Positions 8,201-18,000 of a stretch of 64,000 nucleotides of DNA are shown piece by piece. Under the pieces are notes generated by a model, which made no database searches, was not told the DNA's origin, and saw nothing but the letters and a program-made list of their open reading frames with translations. A program made the position numbers and the translations under genes. The DNA comes from Bacteroidales bacterium (lineage in GTDB: Bacteria; Bacteroidota; Bacteroidia; Bacteroidales; JAFGUD01): contig JAFGXO010000059.1 in NCBI GenBank assembly GCA_016936595.1, positions 15,654 to 79,653 of the forward strand, read 5' to 3'. Numbering within the stretch: position 1 is the stretch's first letter; each line of letters starts with the position of its first letter.

Positions 8201-10114
8201 ATGGAAGAAGTAAAACATCAATTATTAGATAAAATAAATTACCCTACAGATTTTAAGCAACTTAATGAAGAAGAACTAATACAATTATCTTCAGAATTGC
8301 GAAAATTTATCATAGAAACTTTATCCAAAACTCCGGGGCATTTTGGAGCAAGCTTAGGTGTTGTAGAATTAACAGTTGCATTACACCACGTTTTTGATAC
8401 TCCTACCGATAAAATTGTTTGGGACGTTGGTCACCAAGCCTACGGACATAAAATTTTAACCGGCAGAAAAGACCGCTTTAACACCCTCAGAAAATTAAAC
8501 GGAATAAGCGGTTTCCCAAACATTTTTGAGAGCGAATACGACGCATTTACTGTAGGTCATTCATCTACATCTATTTCAGCAGCTCTTGGTATGAGTATTT
8601 CATCGAAATTACAAGGAAAAAACAATAACGTTATTGCAGTAATTGGCGATGGCTCAATGACTGCCGGACTTGCTTTTGAAGGAATTAATAATGCGGCAGT
8701 TAGTAAATCAAACATTCTTATTATCCTGAACGACAACGACATGGCTATAGACCCCAACGTTGGAGCACTAAGCAAATATTTTACTCGTTTTACCGCATCA
8801 AAAAGATATAATAAACTTAAAAAAGAAGTTTGGGACAGTTTAGGGAAACTAAGCAAATTAGGCGACAGAACACGCGAATTTGTTAGAAAAATTGACACCG
8901 GAATTAAAAGCTCACTTATTCAGGAAAGCACGTATTTTGAAGGAATGGGCTTACGATATTTTGGACCAATTGACGGACATTGTATGCACGACTTAATTGA
9001 AGTTTTACAAGACCTTAAAGAAATTGACGGCCCAAAATTACTTCATATTAAAACAGTTAAAGGAAAAGGATACAAATTTGCCGAAGAAAATCAAACAAAA
9101 TGGCACGCCACAAGTGCTGCTTTTGATATTGAAACCGGGCAAGTTATTAACACCGGAAACGAAAAACCAAAACCACCTAAATTTCAAGATGTTTTTGGCA
9201 AAACAATAATTGAACTTGCAAAACAAAACGAAAAAATTGTTGGAATAACTCCTGCAATGCCATCAGGCTGTTCATTAAATATGATGATGAAAGAAATGCC
9301 CGAACGAGCTTTTGATGTTGGAATAGCCGAACAACATGCTGTAACATTTTCGGCCGGATTAGCCGTTGACGGAATGATACCTTTTTGCAACATATATTCA
9401 ACATTCATGCAACGTGCTTATGATCAAGTTATTCATGATGTTGCACTACAAAATTTACACGTTATTTTTTGTTTAGATCGCGGAGGACTTGTTGGTGACG
9501 ATGGAGCTACTCATCACGGGGCATACGATTTATCATACATGCGTTCTGTTCCAAACATGGTTGTAGCTTCTCCTTTTGACGAAATTGAACTAAGAAATTT
9601 AATGTACACTGCTCAACTTGAAAAAAACAAATTCCCTTTTACCATCAGATACCCCAGAGGAAGAGGCAGTAATATTGATTGGCAAAAAGATTTTTCCGAA
9701 ATTATAATTGGAAAAGGAAGAATAATTACCAAAGGAGACGATATTGCAATTTTAACAATAGGTGCTATTGGATCAGAAATTGTTAAATCTATAGAACTAC
9801 TAAAAAACGAACATATAAGTGCAGCTCATTACGATATGCGTTTTGTTAAACCACTTGATGAAGAACTTCTTCACCAAATTTTCAGCAAATTTAAACACAT
9901 AATAACCGTTGAAGACAATTCAATTATTGGAGGTCTTGGTACTGCCGTGGTAGAATTTATGAATGCAAATAATTACAATTCTGAAATTAAGATTTTGGGT
10001 ATTCCTGATGAATTTATTGAACAAGGAACTCAACAAGAATTATACAAGATTTGTGGTTTCGATTATTTATCTGTTTCTAAAACAGCCAAAAAAATGCTTG
10101 TTATTCAAAAATAA
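8201..10114 (+). CDS. dxs: 1-deoxy-D-xylulose-5-phosphate synthase
   Basis: 637 aa. Contains PGHFGASLGVVELTVALHHVF, WDVGHQAYGHKILTGR and the TPP motif IGDGSMTAGLAFEGINNA. Confidence 0.95.
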   Translation: MEEVKHQLLDKINYPTDFKQLNEEELIQLSSELRKFIIETLSKTPGHFGASLGVVELTVALHHVFDTPTDKIVWDVGHQAYGHKILTGRKDRFNTLRKLNGISGFPNIFESEYDAFTVGHSSTSISAALGMSISSKLQGKNNNVIAVIGDGSMTAGLAFEGINNAAVSKSNILIILNDNDMAIDPNVGALSKYFTRFTASKRYNKLKKEVWDSLGKLSKLGDRTREFVRKIDTGIKSSLIQESTYFEGMGLRYFGPIDGHCMHDLIEVLQDLKEIDGPKLLHIKTVKGKGYKFAEENQTKWHATSAAFDIETGQVINTGNEKPKPPKFQDVFGKTIIELAKQNEKIVGITPAMPSGCSLNMMMKEMPERAFDVGIAEQHAVTFSAGLAVDGMIPFCNIYSTFMQRAYDQVIHDVALQNLHVIFCLDRGGLVGDDGATHHGAYDLSYMRSVPNMVVASPFDEIELRNLMYTAQLEKNKFPFTIRYPRGRGSNIDWQKDFSEIIIGKGRIITKGDDIAILTIGAIGSEIVKSIELLKNEHISAAHYDMRFVKPLDEELLHQIFSKFKHIITVEDNSIIGGLGTAVVEFMNANNYNSEIKILGIPDEFIEQGTQQELYKICGFDYLSVSKTAKKMLVIQK

Positions 10115-10159
10115 TATTCAAAACAAATGTAATTTATTATCTTTTTCAAAAAAAGAAAC

Positions 10160-11002
10160 ATGTTCAAAACAAATTATCACAACCATTCAAAATGGAGCGA
10201 CGGAAAATATAATCCCGAAAAAACTGTACTTAGAGCAATAGAGCTGGGCTTTGATATTATCGGATTTTCAGACCATTCGCCGGTGCCATTTAAAAGCGAA
10301 TGGAATATGAAATACGAAAATCTTCTAAAATATATAAGCGACATAAATAATTTAAAGGAAAAATATAACGAACAAATTAAAATATATCTCGGCCTTGAAG
10401 CCGATTTTATAAACGGCATTTCATACATAAAAAATTTTAAACATCTTGGCTTAGACTACACAATTGGAGGAGCACATTATCTTCCGGAAACTTTTGAAGA
10501 TGGTACAATTTTTAACATTGATAACACTGATGAAATTTTTCAGCGTGGATTATCGGAACTTTATAATAACGATATTAAATTTTTAGTTGAAAGATATTAT
10601 AACGCAGTAAATCAAATGATTGAAGAAGACTCTCCAGACGTAATTGCACATTTAGATTTAATTGAAAAATTTAACAAAAATCACAAATATTTTGATTCAA
10701 AAGCCCAATGGTATCAAAAAATTGTTGATAACTGCCTTAAAACAATTCAAAAAACAAATTGTATAGTAGAATTGAATTCGCGAAGTTTATACAAAGGATT
10801 ATTAGACGACTTTAGTCCGAAAATAACAATTCTGCAAAAAATGTTAAACCTAAAAATACCTGTAACAATTAGCGGTGATGTTCACAATCCCGAAGAAATG
10901 GAGTTGTTTTGGAAAAAATCAATAGAAAATCTTAAATTTGCAGGATATAAAGAGATGATGCTTTTTGACCAGAACAAATGGCAAATTCAAAAAATAGACT
11001 AA
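10160..11002 (+). CDS. PHP-domain phosphoesterase, HisJ (histidinol-phosphatase) family
   Basis: N-terminal YHNHSKWSDGK, then GFSDHSP and HLD motifs typical of PHP/HisJ. 280 aa. Confidence 0.7.
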   Translation: MFKTNYHNHSKWSDGKYNPEKTVLRAIELGFDIIGFSDHSPVPFKSEWNMKYENLLKYISDINNLKEKYNEQIKIYLGLEADFINGISYIKNFKHLGLDYTIGGAHYLPETFEDGTIFNIDNTDEIFQRGLSELYNNDIKFLVERYYNAVNQMIEEDSPDVIAHLDLIEKFNKNHKYFDSKAQWYQKIVDNCLKTIQKTNCIVELNSRSLYKGLLDDFSPKITILQKMLNLKIPVTISGDVHNPEEMELFWKKSIENLKFAGYKEMMLFDQNKWQIQKID

Positions 11003-12022
11003 ATGCAAAAAGATTTTCATTACAATGTTATCAGAATATTGGCAGAAAAATCAGGATTTACAGCAAATGAAGCTCAAATTATTGCATACTCTTCACAATT
11101 TGTTGATGATGCAACAGAATTTTCGCCAATAAAAATCCCCGAAGATGTAAAATGCGATTTTTCTAGACTTAATGAAAACATTTTAGACCCTGTATGCACG
11201 GCACACAAAGGATTGCAATTTTTGGGTGATTTTAAAAAAAGCGTTCAAATGAAAATATATTTTAGTTTTCATTTTTTACCGCCCGAAATATACACCAATC
11301 AAAAAAATTACGATTACATTACAAAATCCAACAGCAACTTTGGAAAAGCATTGATGAATAAAGCCATCGAAAATTTTAATTCTAACACTAATAGCAGAAC
11401 GTATAATCTTATAGCACTCGGCATAGCTCTTCATACCTATGCCGACACTTGGTCTCATCAAGGATTTTCCGGAAGAAAAAGCACAGAAGAAAATAATGTT
11501 GAAGATATTAAATTATGGTCAGATAAAAAATGGGATAATATAAAAGCTATTAACCGCTTACGAAACCTAATATTACCCGAAATAGGTCATGCAGAAGCAT
11601 ACCATTATCCTGACCTTCCATATCTGAATTGGGAATATAAAAAAAACGCAAAGTTAAAACAAATTACAAGAAATAATCTTGATATTTTTATTAACGCAGT
11701 TGAAAATATTTACAACTATTTAAGTAAAATTTCCCCCAATGCCCCCCAAAATATTTCAGAAATAAAACCACAACTTATAAAAGGCTTATCATACGTCGAA
11801 GACGATTACAAAAAAAGAGCCGAAAAATACCAGAAAATTTTTCCTGAAATAGGATTTCATTACAATCCTGAAGACTGGAAAAACGAAGTTTTAAATACAA
11901 AATCAAAAAAATTTTCAACAGATATTATAAACAGAGAAAAACCAATATACAAATGGTTAATTTTTCACCAAGCAGCTTTAGACCAACGAAATTATGTAAT
12001 AGAAAGGATAAAACCACTTTAA
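11003..12022 (+). CDS. Conserved hypothetical protein with His/Asp-rich motifs (possibly a metal-dependent hydrolase fold)
   Basis: The ATG directly abuts the stop of the PHP gene (11000-11002 TAA, 11003 ATG). Motifs: FHYNVIRILA, ALHTYADTWSHQGFSG, IGHAEAYHYPD. Function not recognisable. Confidence 0.4.
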   Translation: MQKDFHYNVIRILAEKSGFTANEAQIIAYSSQFVDDATEFSPIKIPEDVKCDFSRLNENILDPVCTAHKGLQFLGDFKKSVQMKIYFSFHFLPPEIYTNQKNYDYITKSNSNFGKALMNKAIENFNSNTNSRTYNLIALGIALHTYADTWSHQGFSGRKSTEENNVEDIKLWSDKKWDNIKAINRLRNLILPEIGHAEAYHYPDLPYLNWEYKKNAKLKQITRNNLDIFINAVENIYNYLSKISPNAPQNISEIKPQLIKGLSYVEDDYKKRAEKYQKIFPEIGFHYNPEDWKNEVLNTKSKKFSTDIINREKPIYKWLIFHQAALDQRNYVIERIKPL

Positions 12023-12069
12023 GAAACCATCTATTACACTTAAAATCAGACTTTGAACAAAAAACTCAC

Positions 12070-13254
12070 CTAATAATTAACCTCAATAAAACCTCTATTA
12101 TCCATCAAAACATTAAAAATAACATCTCTTATTGTTGAATTAGCAGCATAAATCATATCAATATCAGAGGGATAAGCAACAGGACGAGTTCTTAATTTTG
12201 TTCTGGTATCATTACTTAAAGCATCTTGATCGCCTCTGTCTACCGAAAAATAATGTTCAAAAGTATGATCGGCAGCAACCGGCACCGACTTAAAAATTTG
12301 TCGGGTTTGTCCGTCGATATAATTTACAGAACCCTCAATATGGGCAATTTTAAATTGTCTTGTTTCAGCTATAGTACATGATATTGTTTTGTACTTTATC
12401 ACTTTAATTTTATTTCCTAAAGTATCAGTAACAAAATGCCCGTCTGCATCAAGTTTATACTCCCAACCATCTTCAACTTTTTTAGATTCAGTATATTCTC
12501 GAACAGAATTACTATTAGGCGTAACATCAACCATTGTAAGAGTAATATTAACATAAACATCGTACCGACCATTTAGTTGATCTGTAGTATAATAATTAAA
12601 CCAAAAGCTATTTAATTGACTTGTTGGAAAATCAATTAAATTGATCATAAAATCTTTATCAAGCTGAAAAGGTGTGCTGTTAACCGAAATTAAAATCAAG
12701 TTAGTAAGACCTTTTTCATAACAAGTATCCATATATAAGTCAGCATCAGGGTAAGTTCCGGTATAGTTTTGAGCTTTTAAAAACTCATCAAAAGCTTGTC
12801 GGTACGAAAATTTATCATTCAAAGTCATTAAATATTTAGCATGATTAAAAAAATAATCAGCCGCTTTAACCTTCGCTTCGTTAACTTTTTGATTATAATT
12901 CACATGCTGAAACATTACTTCTCTACCGTCCACAACAAGCGGATAAGTTCGTTCAACTTTAAGCTGGCGTTCATTCATATTAGTATAAATAAGAAAAATT
13001 TCGTCCCATCTATCAGGCTGGCCGGCAGCATGTAATGAATTTATTCTATCTAAATCGGCATCAACAGCCTTAGGATAAGCCTCTTCCAAAATAAGAATCA
13101 TTTTTTTCTTTTTATTGTTTCGTTGCAATTTTTGTGCGGCAATTTTAACTGATGCATCATAGTTTCCTTGCTTTAAATAAGTTTTAGCCATATTGCAACC
13201 GGCAAAAGTAACTAATATTATTAGCAAACCCGAAATAAAAAAGCTTTTTGGCAT
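12070..13254 (-). CDS. Hypothetical lipoprotein
   Basis: 394 aa. The signal peptide plus lipobox reads LIILVTFAGCN. No recognisable catalytic motif. Confidence 0.5.
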   Translation of the reverse strand: MPKSFFISGLLIILVTFAGCNMAKTYLKQGNYDASVKIAAQKLQRNNKKKKMILILEEAYPKAVDADLDRINSLHAAGQPDRWDEIFLIYTNMNERQLKVERTYPLVVDGREVMFQHVNYNQKVNEAKVKAADYFFNHAKYLMTLNDKFSYRQAFDEFLKAQNYTGTYPDADLYMDTCYEKGLTNLILISVNSTPFQLDKDFMINLIDFPTSQLNSFWFNYYTTDQLNGRYDVYVNITLTMVDVTPNSNSVREYTESKKVEDGWEYKLDADGHFVTDTLGNKIKVIKYKTISCTIAETRQFKIAHIEGSVNYIDGQTRQIFKSVPVAADHTFEHYFSVDRGDQDALSNDTRTKLRTRPVAYPSDIDMIYAANSTIRDVIFNVLMDNRGFIEVNY

Positions 13255-13497
13255 ATTATTTTTGTTTAATAGTTTTAATTAAATTTGCAAAATATTTTAT
13301 CTGATAAAAAAACTTAATTAATTTGCGTAATTTATTAAATTATACAATTTTGCAAAGATTTATTTTATAAAAAGTTTAAAAATTTGTTTTCTTTGTACTA
13401 TACAAACGCCTTTTCATCGCACAAAGTTAAGAGCATAAATTATTTTTAACAAATATTTGAGAGTTAAAATAAAATTTCAACAAAAAATAAAATTAAC

Positions 13498-14202
13498 ATG
13501 AACTTACTACTTATTAGCAATTCAACAAATGCAGGCGAAGAATATTTAGCCCACTGTATTAATAATATTAAAGATTTTTTGGGAAAAACTAAAAAAACAG
13601 CCCTATTTATACCCTATGCAGCAGTTACTTTTTCTTACGACGCTTATGAACAAAAAGTGAAAGAAAATTTCAACAAAATAGGCCACGATGCTGTTTCAAT
13701 ACACACTTTTAAAAATCCGGTAGAAGAAGTTCAAAACGCAGAAGTTATTGTTATTGGAGGTGGAAATACTTTTGCATTAACAAAAAAAATGCAAGATTTA
13801 GGCTTAATAGAAGCTATTAGAAATAAAGTACTAAACGGAACACCCTATATTGGCTGGAGTGCAGGCTCAAACGTTACTTGCCCAACTATCAGAACAACCA
13901 ACGATATGCCAATTGTAGAACCAAAAAGTTTTAACGTTCTTAACTTAGTTAAATTTCAAATTAACCCACATTATTTAGACGCTCACCCCGACGGACACGC
14001 CGGAGAAACCAGAGAAATGAGATTGGAAGAGTATCTTGAAATGAACACAGATATTTTTGTTGTTGGACTTAGAGAAGGAACAATGTTACAAATTAACGAC
14101 AATAAAATTCAACTTATCGGAAAAAGAAACGCCCGAATTTTTAAACATGACAAAACACCTATTGAATTGAGCAATTCAGATGATTTTTCATTTTTAATGT
14201 AA
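13498..14202 (+). CDS. pepE: Dipeptidase E (peptidase S51)
   Basis: MNLLLISNSTNAGEEYL, VIGGGNTFAL and the nucleophile region GWSAGSN. Confidence 0.85.
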   Translation: MNLLLISNSTNAGEEYLAHCINNIKDFLGKTKKTALFIPYAAVTFSYDAYEQKVKENFNKIGHDAVSIHTFKNPVEEVQNAEVIVIGGGNTFALTKKMQDLGLIEAIRNKVLNGTPYIGWSAGSNVTCPTIRTTNDMPIVEPKSFNVLNLVKFQINPHYLDAHPDGHAGETREMRLEEYLEMNTDIFVVGLREGTMLQINDNKIQLIGKRNARIFKHDKTPIELSNSDDFSFLM

Positions 14203-14227
14203 ATCACTTAACATTTAATTTAAAAAT

Positions 14228-14818
14228 ATGTACGAATATATTTCCGGAGAAATTGCTGAAATTTCTCCTTCTTACGTTGTTATTGAGGCTGGTAAAATTG
14301 GATATTTTATCAGCATTTCATTAACAACTTTTGAACAACTTAATGAAAAAAAAGAAGCAAAATTGTATATTCATCAAATTTTAAGAGAAGATACAAATGA
14401 TTTATTCGGATTTGCAGACAAAAGTGAACGTGAAATTTTTCGCCAACTTATTTCTGTGTCGGGAATTGGAGCAAACACTGCTCGTTTAATGCTATCTTCT
14501 TTAAAACCATTACAAATTATCGAAGCAATTGAAACCGGAGATGTAAACACCATAAAAAGCATAAAAGGAATTGGAGCAAAAACAGCTCAACGTGTTATTG
14601 TTGATTTAAAAGATAAAGTTGGAAAAATAACTTCGTCAGACGAATTACCATTTCTATCAGGTTTTAATACAAATGTAGAAGAAGCAATTTCAGCTTTAAC
14701 AATGCTTGGATTTAATAAAAAAACAGTCGAAAAGGTTGTTCAAGGATTAATAAAAGTCAACAAAAATGCAACAGTTGAAGAACTGGTTAAACTTGGCATT
14801 AAAAACATGAGTAATTAA
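14228..14818 (+). CDS. ruvA: Holliday junction branch migration complex subunit RuvA
   Basis: MYEYISGEI...VVIEAGKIGY, plus HhH motifs GIGANTARLM and GIGAKTAQRV. Confidence 0.9.
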   Translation: MYEYISGEIAEISPSYVVIEAGKIGYFISISLTTFEQLNEKKEAKLYIHQILREDTNDLFGFADKSEREIFRQLISVSGIGANTARLMLSSLKPLQIIEAIETGDVNTIKSIKGIGAKTAQRVIVDLKDKVGKITSSDELPFLSGFNTNVEEAISALTMLGFNKKTVEKVVQGLIKVNKNATVEELVKLGIKNMSN

Positions 14819-14848
14819 TCGCTATTTTAAAATTCAAGGATCTTATAT

Positions 14849-14912
14849 ACTTTATAAACTTTAAATACTTTAAGAACTTTAAACTCTTAAAAACTTTTTT
14901 CAACTTTTTAAC
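14849..14912. repeat. Phased ACTTTAA-like motif array upstream of sprA
   Basis: ACTTTATAA, ACTTTAAAT, ACTTTAAGA and ACTTTAA start at 14849, 14858, 14867 and 14876 (exact 9-bp period). Degenerate copies follow at 14883, 14893 and 14903. Confidence 0.6.
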
Positions 14913-15013
14913 TAATTACCATCTTTATTTTAACATTCTTATCACACTATTATTTATATAAAAGTCGTTTGAGAAATGTAAAACAAAAAGAACTAAGAAA
15001 TTTTTGAGCTAAA

Positions 15014-18000
15014 ATGATAATTACACAATACAAAATAAAAAAGTATATTGCTGTATTACTGTTTATTATGGCAAATATCAGTTTATTTTCGCAAACTGAC
15101 ACAACCAATTTACCATTTCAAATAAAGCATTTTGATAATCCGTTACTCAACCAACGTTATAATTCAGCATTATATTTAAAACTCCCTTCAGATTATTCTC
15201 AAGATGTGCAATTTGACCCCGCAACAGGCAATTTTATTATCACACCTAAAGTAGGAAATTTTTCAACAGGTCGTCCATACATTATGACTTTTGATGAATA
15301 CAATTTACATCAAACAAAAACAGCCATCAGGAACAATTGGAAACTTAACAATCAACGACAATCAACAGATAATGATTTTTTAAACGATTTTTTAAATCCA
15401 CAAATAAATCTTGGAATAGCCGGAATCGACAAAATTTTTGGCAGCGACCAAATTACTGTTGTTCCAACCGGAAACGTTGACATTAGCTTAGGTTTATCAT
15501 ACTACAACATTGATAATGACGCACTTGCTAAAAGAGTGCGACGAAACGTTAACTTTGATTTTACTCAAAATATTCAACTCGGTGTAAACGGTAAAGTTGG
15601 AGATAAAATGAATGTTGGCATAAACTACAATACTCAAGCAATGTTTGCTTATGAAAACCGAAGAAAAGTTGATTACAACGGAGAAGAAGACGAAATTATT
15701 CAAAAAATTGAGGCCGGAGACATTACATTCCCTTTAAACAACACTCTTATTCCCGGAAGCTCTACTCTTTTTGGTATTCGAACCGATTTACAATTCGGAA
15801 ATCTTACTATAACAAACGTCGTTTCACATCAAAATGGAGAAACTAAAACTATCGAAGTTCAAGGAGGTGCCGTTTTAAATGATTTTGAAATTTCGGCAAG
15901 TGACTATGAAGAAGACAAACACTTTTTTTTAAGCCATTATTTTAGAGACAATTACGAAGCAGCAATGCAAACACTCCCAATTGTTACTTCAAACGTTAAA
16001 ATTACTCGGATAGAAGTTTGGGTTACAAATAAAACTTCTGATTTTCAGAACGCTAGAGATGTTGTGGCTTTTATGGACTTAGGAACAAACACTAACCATA
16101 TTTATGCCGATGGCTTTGTTGTGGGAAATCCCAACGTTAATATGCCAGATAATCAAACAAATAATCTGTACGATTTAATGACCTCAACATATTCAGGTAT
16201 TCGTCAAATATCTGCTGTTTCAAATGTACTCTCAACTATACCAAATTTTACCGAAGGTGTTGATTTTGCAAAACTCGAAAGTGCCAGAAAACTTGAAGCT
16301 AATGAATATTCGGTGAACATGGATTTAGGATATTTATCTCTAAACTACAGACTTAAACCCGGCGAAGTATTAGCTGTTGCATACGAATACACCGTTAACG
16401 GCGAAACCTTTCAGGTTGGAGAATTCACAAACGATATAGAAGCACCAAACACCTTAATTCTTAAACTTCTAAGAGGTCCGGCTTCTATCCCTAATTTCCC
16501 TACTTGGGATTTAATGATGAAAAACATTTACAGTCTTAACACTTACTCGTTAAGCAGAGACGATTTCGCCTTAGAAATATATTACAACAACGACCGTTTA
16601 GGTACAAAAACAAATTATATTCCCGAAGGAGATATTGCAGACGAACGATTATTAAGAGTTTTCAATTTTGATAATGCCGACAATCAAAACAACCCAAACC
16701 CAGATGGTTTTTTTGATTTAATTGAAGGTATTACAGTTAATTCAAGAAACGGACTAATCATATTCCCCGAATTAGAACCATTTGGAGATTATCTGGCAAC
16801 GCAAATTGGAAATCAACAAATAGCTAAAAAATACACATTCCCCGAACTTTACGACTCAACTCAATACATTGCACAACAAACAGCAGTAAAAAACAAATTT
16901 TACTTAAAAGGTCAATATAAATCGTCGGGCGGTAACGAAATTATGCTTAACGTTTTAAATGTACCGCAAGGCTCTGTAAAAGTTACACAAGGAGGGCAAG
17001 AATTAACCGAAAATGTTGATTTTTCTGTTGATTACAATATTGGTAAAGTTACCATTTTAAACGAAGCACTATTACGCTCAGGTATGCCAATTAAAATTTC
17101 GCTCGAAAGCAATGATCAATTTGGTATGACAACAAAAAGTTTACTTGGAACACATTGGAATTATCAATTTTCAGATAATTTCAACGTCGGAGCAACGTAT
17201 ATGCACCTATCTGAACTTCCTGTAGATCCAAAAACACGACTTGGAATTGAACCGATATCAAATACAATTTACGGTTTTAATACAAATTTTACTCACGATG
17301 CTCCTTTTTTAACTCGTGCAGTAGATTTTTTACCATTTATTGAAACAAAAGTTCCTTCAACCATTACACTTACTGCCGAATTTGCTCAATTAATTCCCGG
17401 AAATCCAAGATTCATAAAAAAACGATATGATGCTGACGGAGTATCATTTATTGATGATTTTGAACAAAGCCAAACTTTTATTGACTTAAAATCACCTCAG
17501 GCATGGATGATGTCAAGTGTTCCTCAAGGACAAAATGATTTATTTCCCGAAGCTGCCGACGGAACAGGTTTTACATCAGGTTTCAACAGGGCAAAAATAT
17601 CTTGGTACGATATTAACGATGATTTTACAGTTAAAACTTCAAATACTCGTCCATCATACATTACTCTTGATGATATTTCAAAGCATTATATTAGACAAGT
17701 TTACGAAAAGGAAATCTTCCCTAACAAACAATACCCCAACGGTTTACCTACACGAATGACAATTTTTAATATTGCATACTACCCCTCAGACAGAGGCCCT
17801 TATAATTACGATGTAGAACCATCAAATATTTCTGCGGGTATCGACGATCAAGGTCAACTAAACGACCCACAAAGCAGATGGGGAGGCATCATGAGAGATT
17901 TATATATCACCGACTTTGAAAGCTCAAATATTGGATTCGTAGAATTTTGGCTGTTAAACCCTTTTATTTATGACTCTCTTTCAACCGGTGGCGAATTATA

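Noticed and set aside
8557-8898. Other antisense or overlapping track ORFs inside well-supported genes: 8557..8898, 9177..9408, 33451..33840, 48024..48320, 54932..55261, 57811..58101, 7154..7408 and 19372..19686
   Set aside because: All lie wholly within confidently identified CDSs on the opposite strand or in another frame. They have no recognisable motifs and show composition typical of shadow frames.
13255-13497. Several TTTGCAAA-type motifs in the 243-bp spacer upstream of pepE as promoter boxes
   Set aside because: Only TAAATTTG (about 215 nt from the pepE start) fits TAnnTTTG exactly, and it lies too far from either start codon to assign. I left it unannotated rather than guess.
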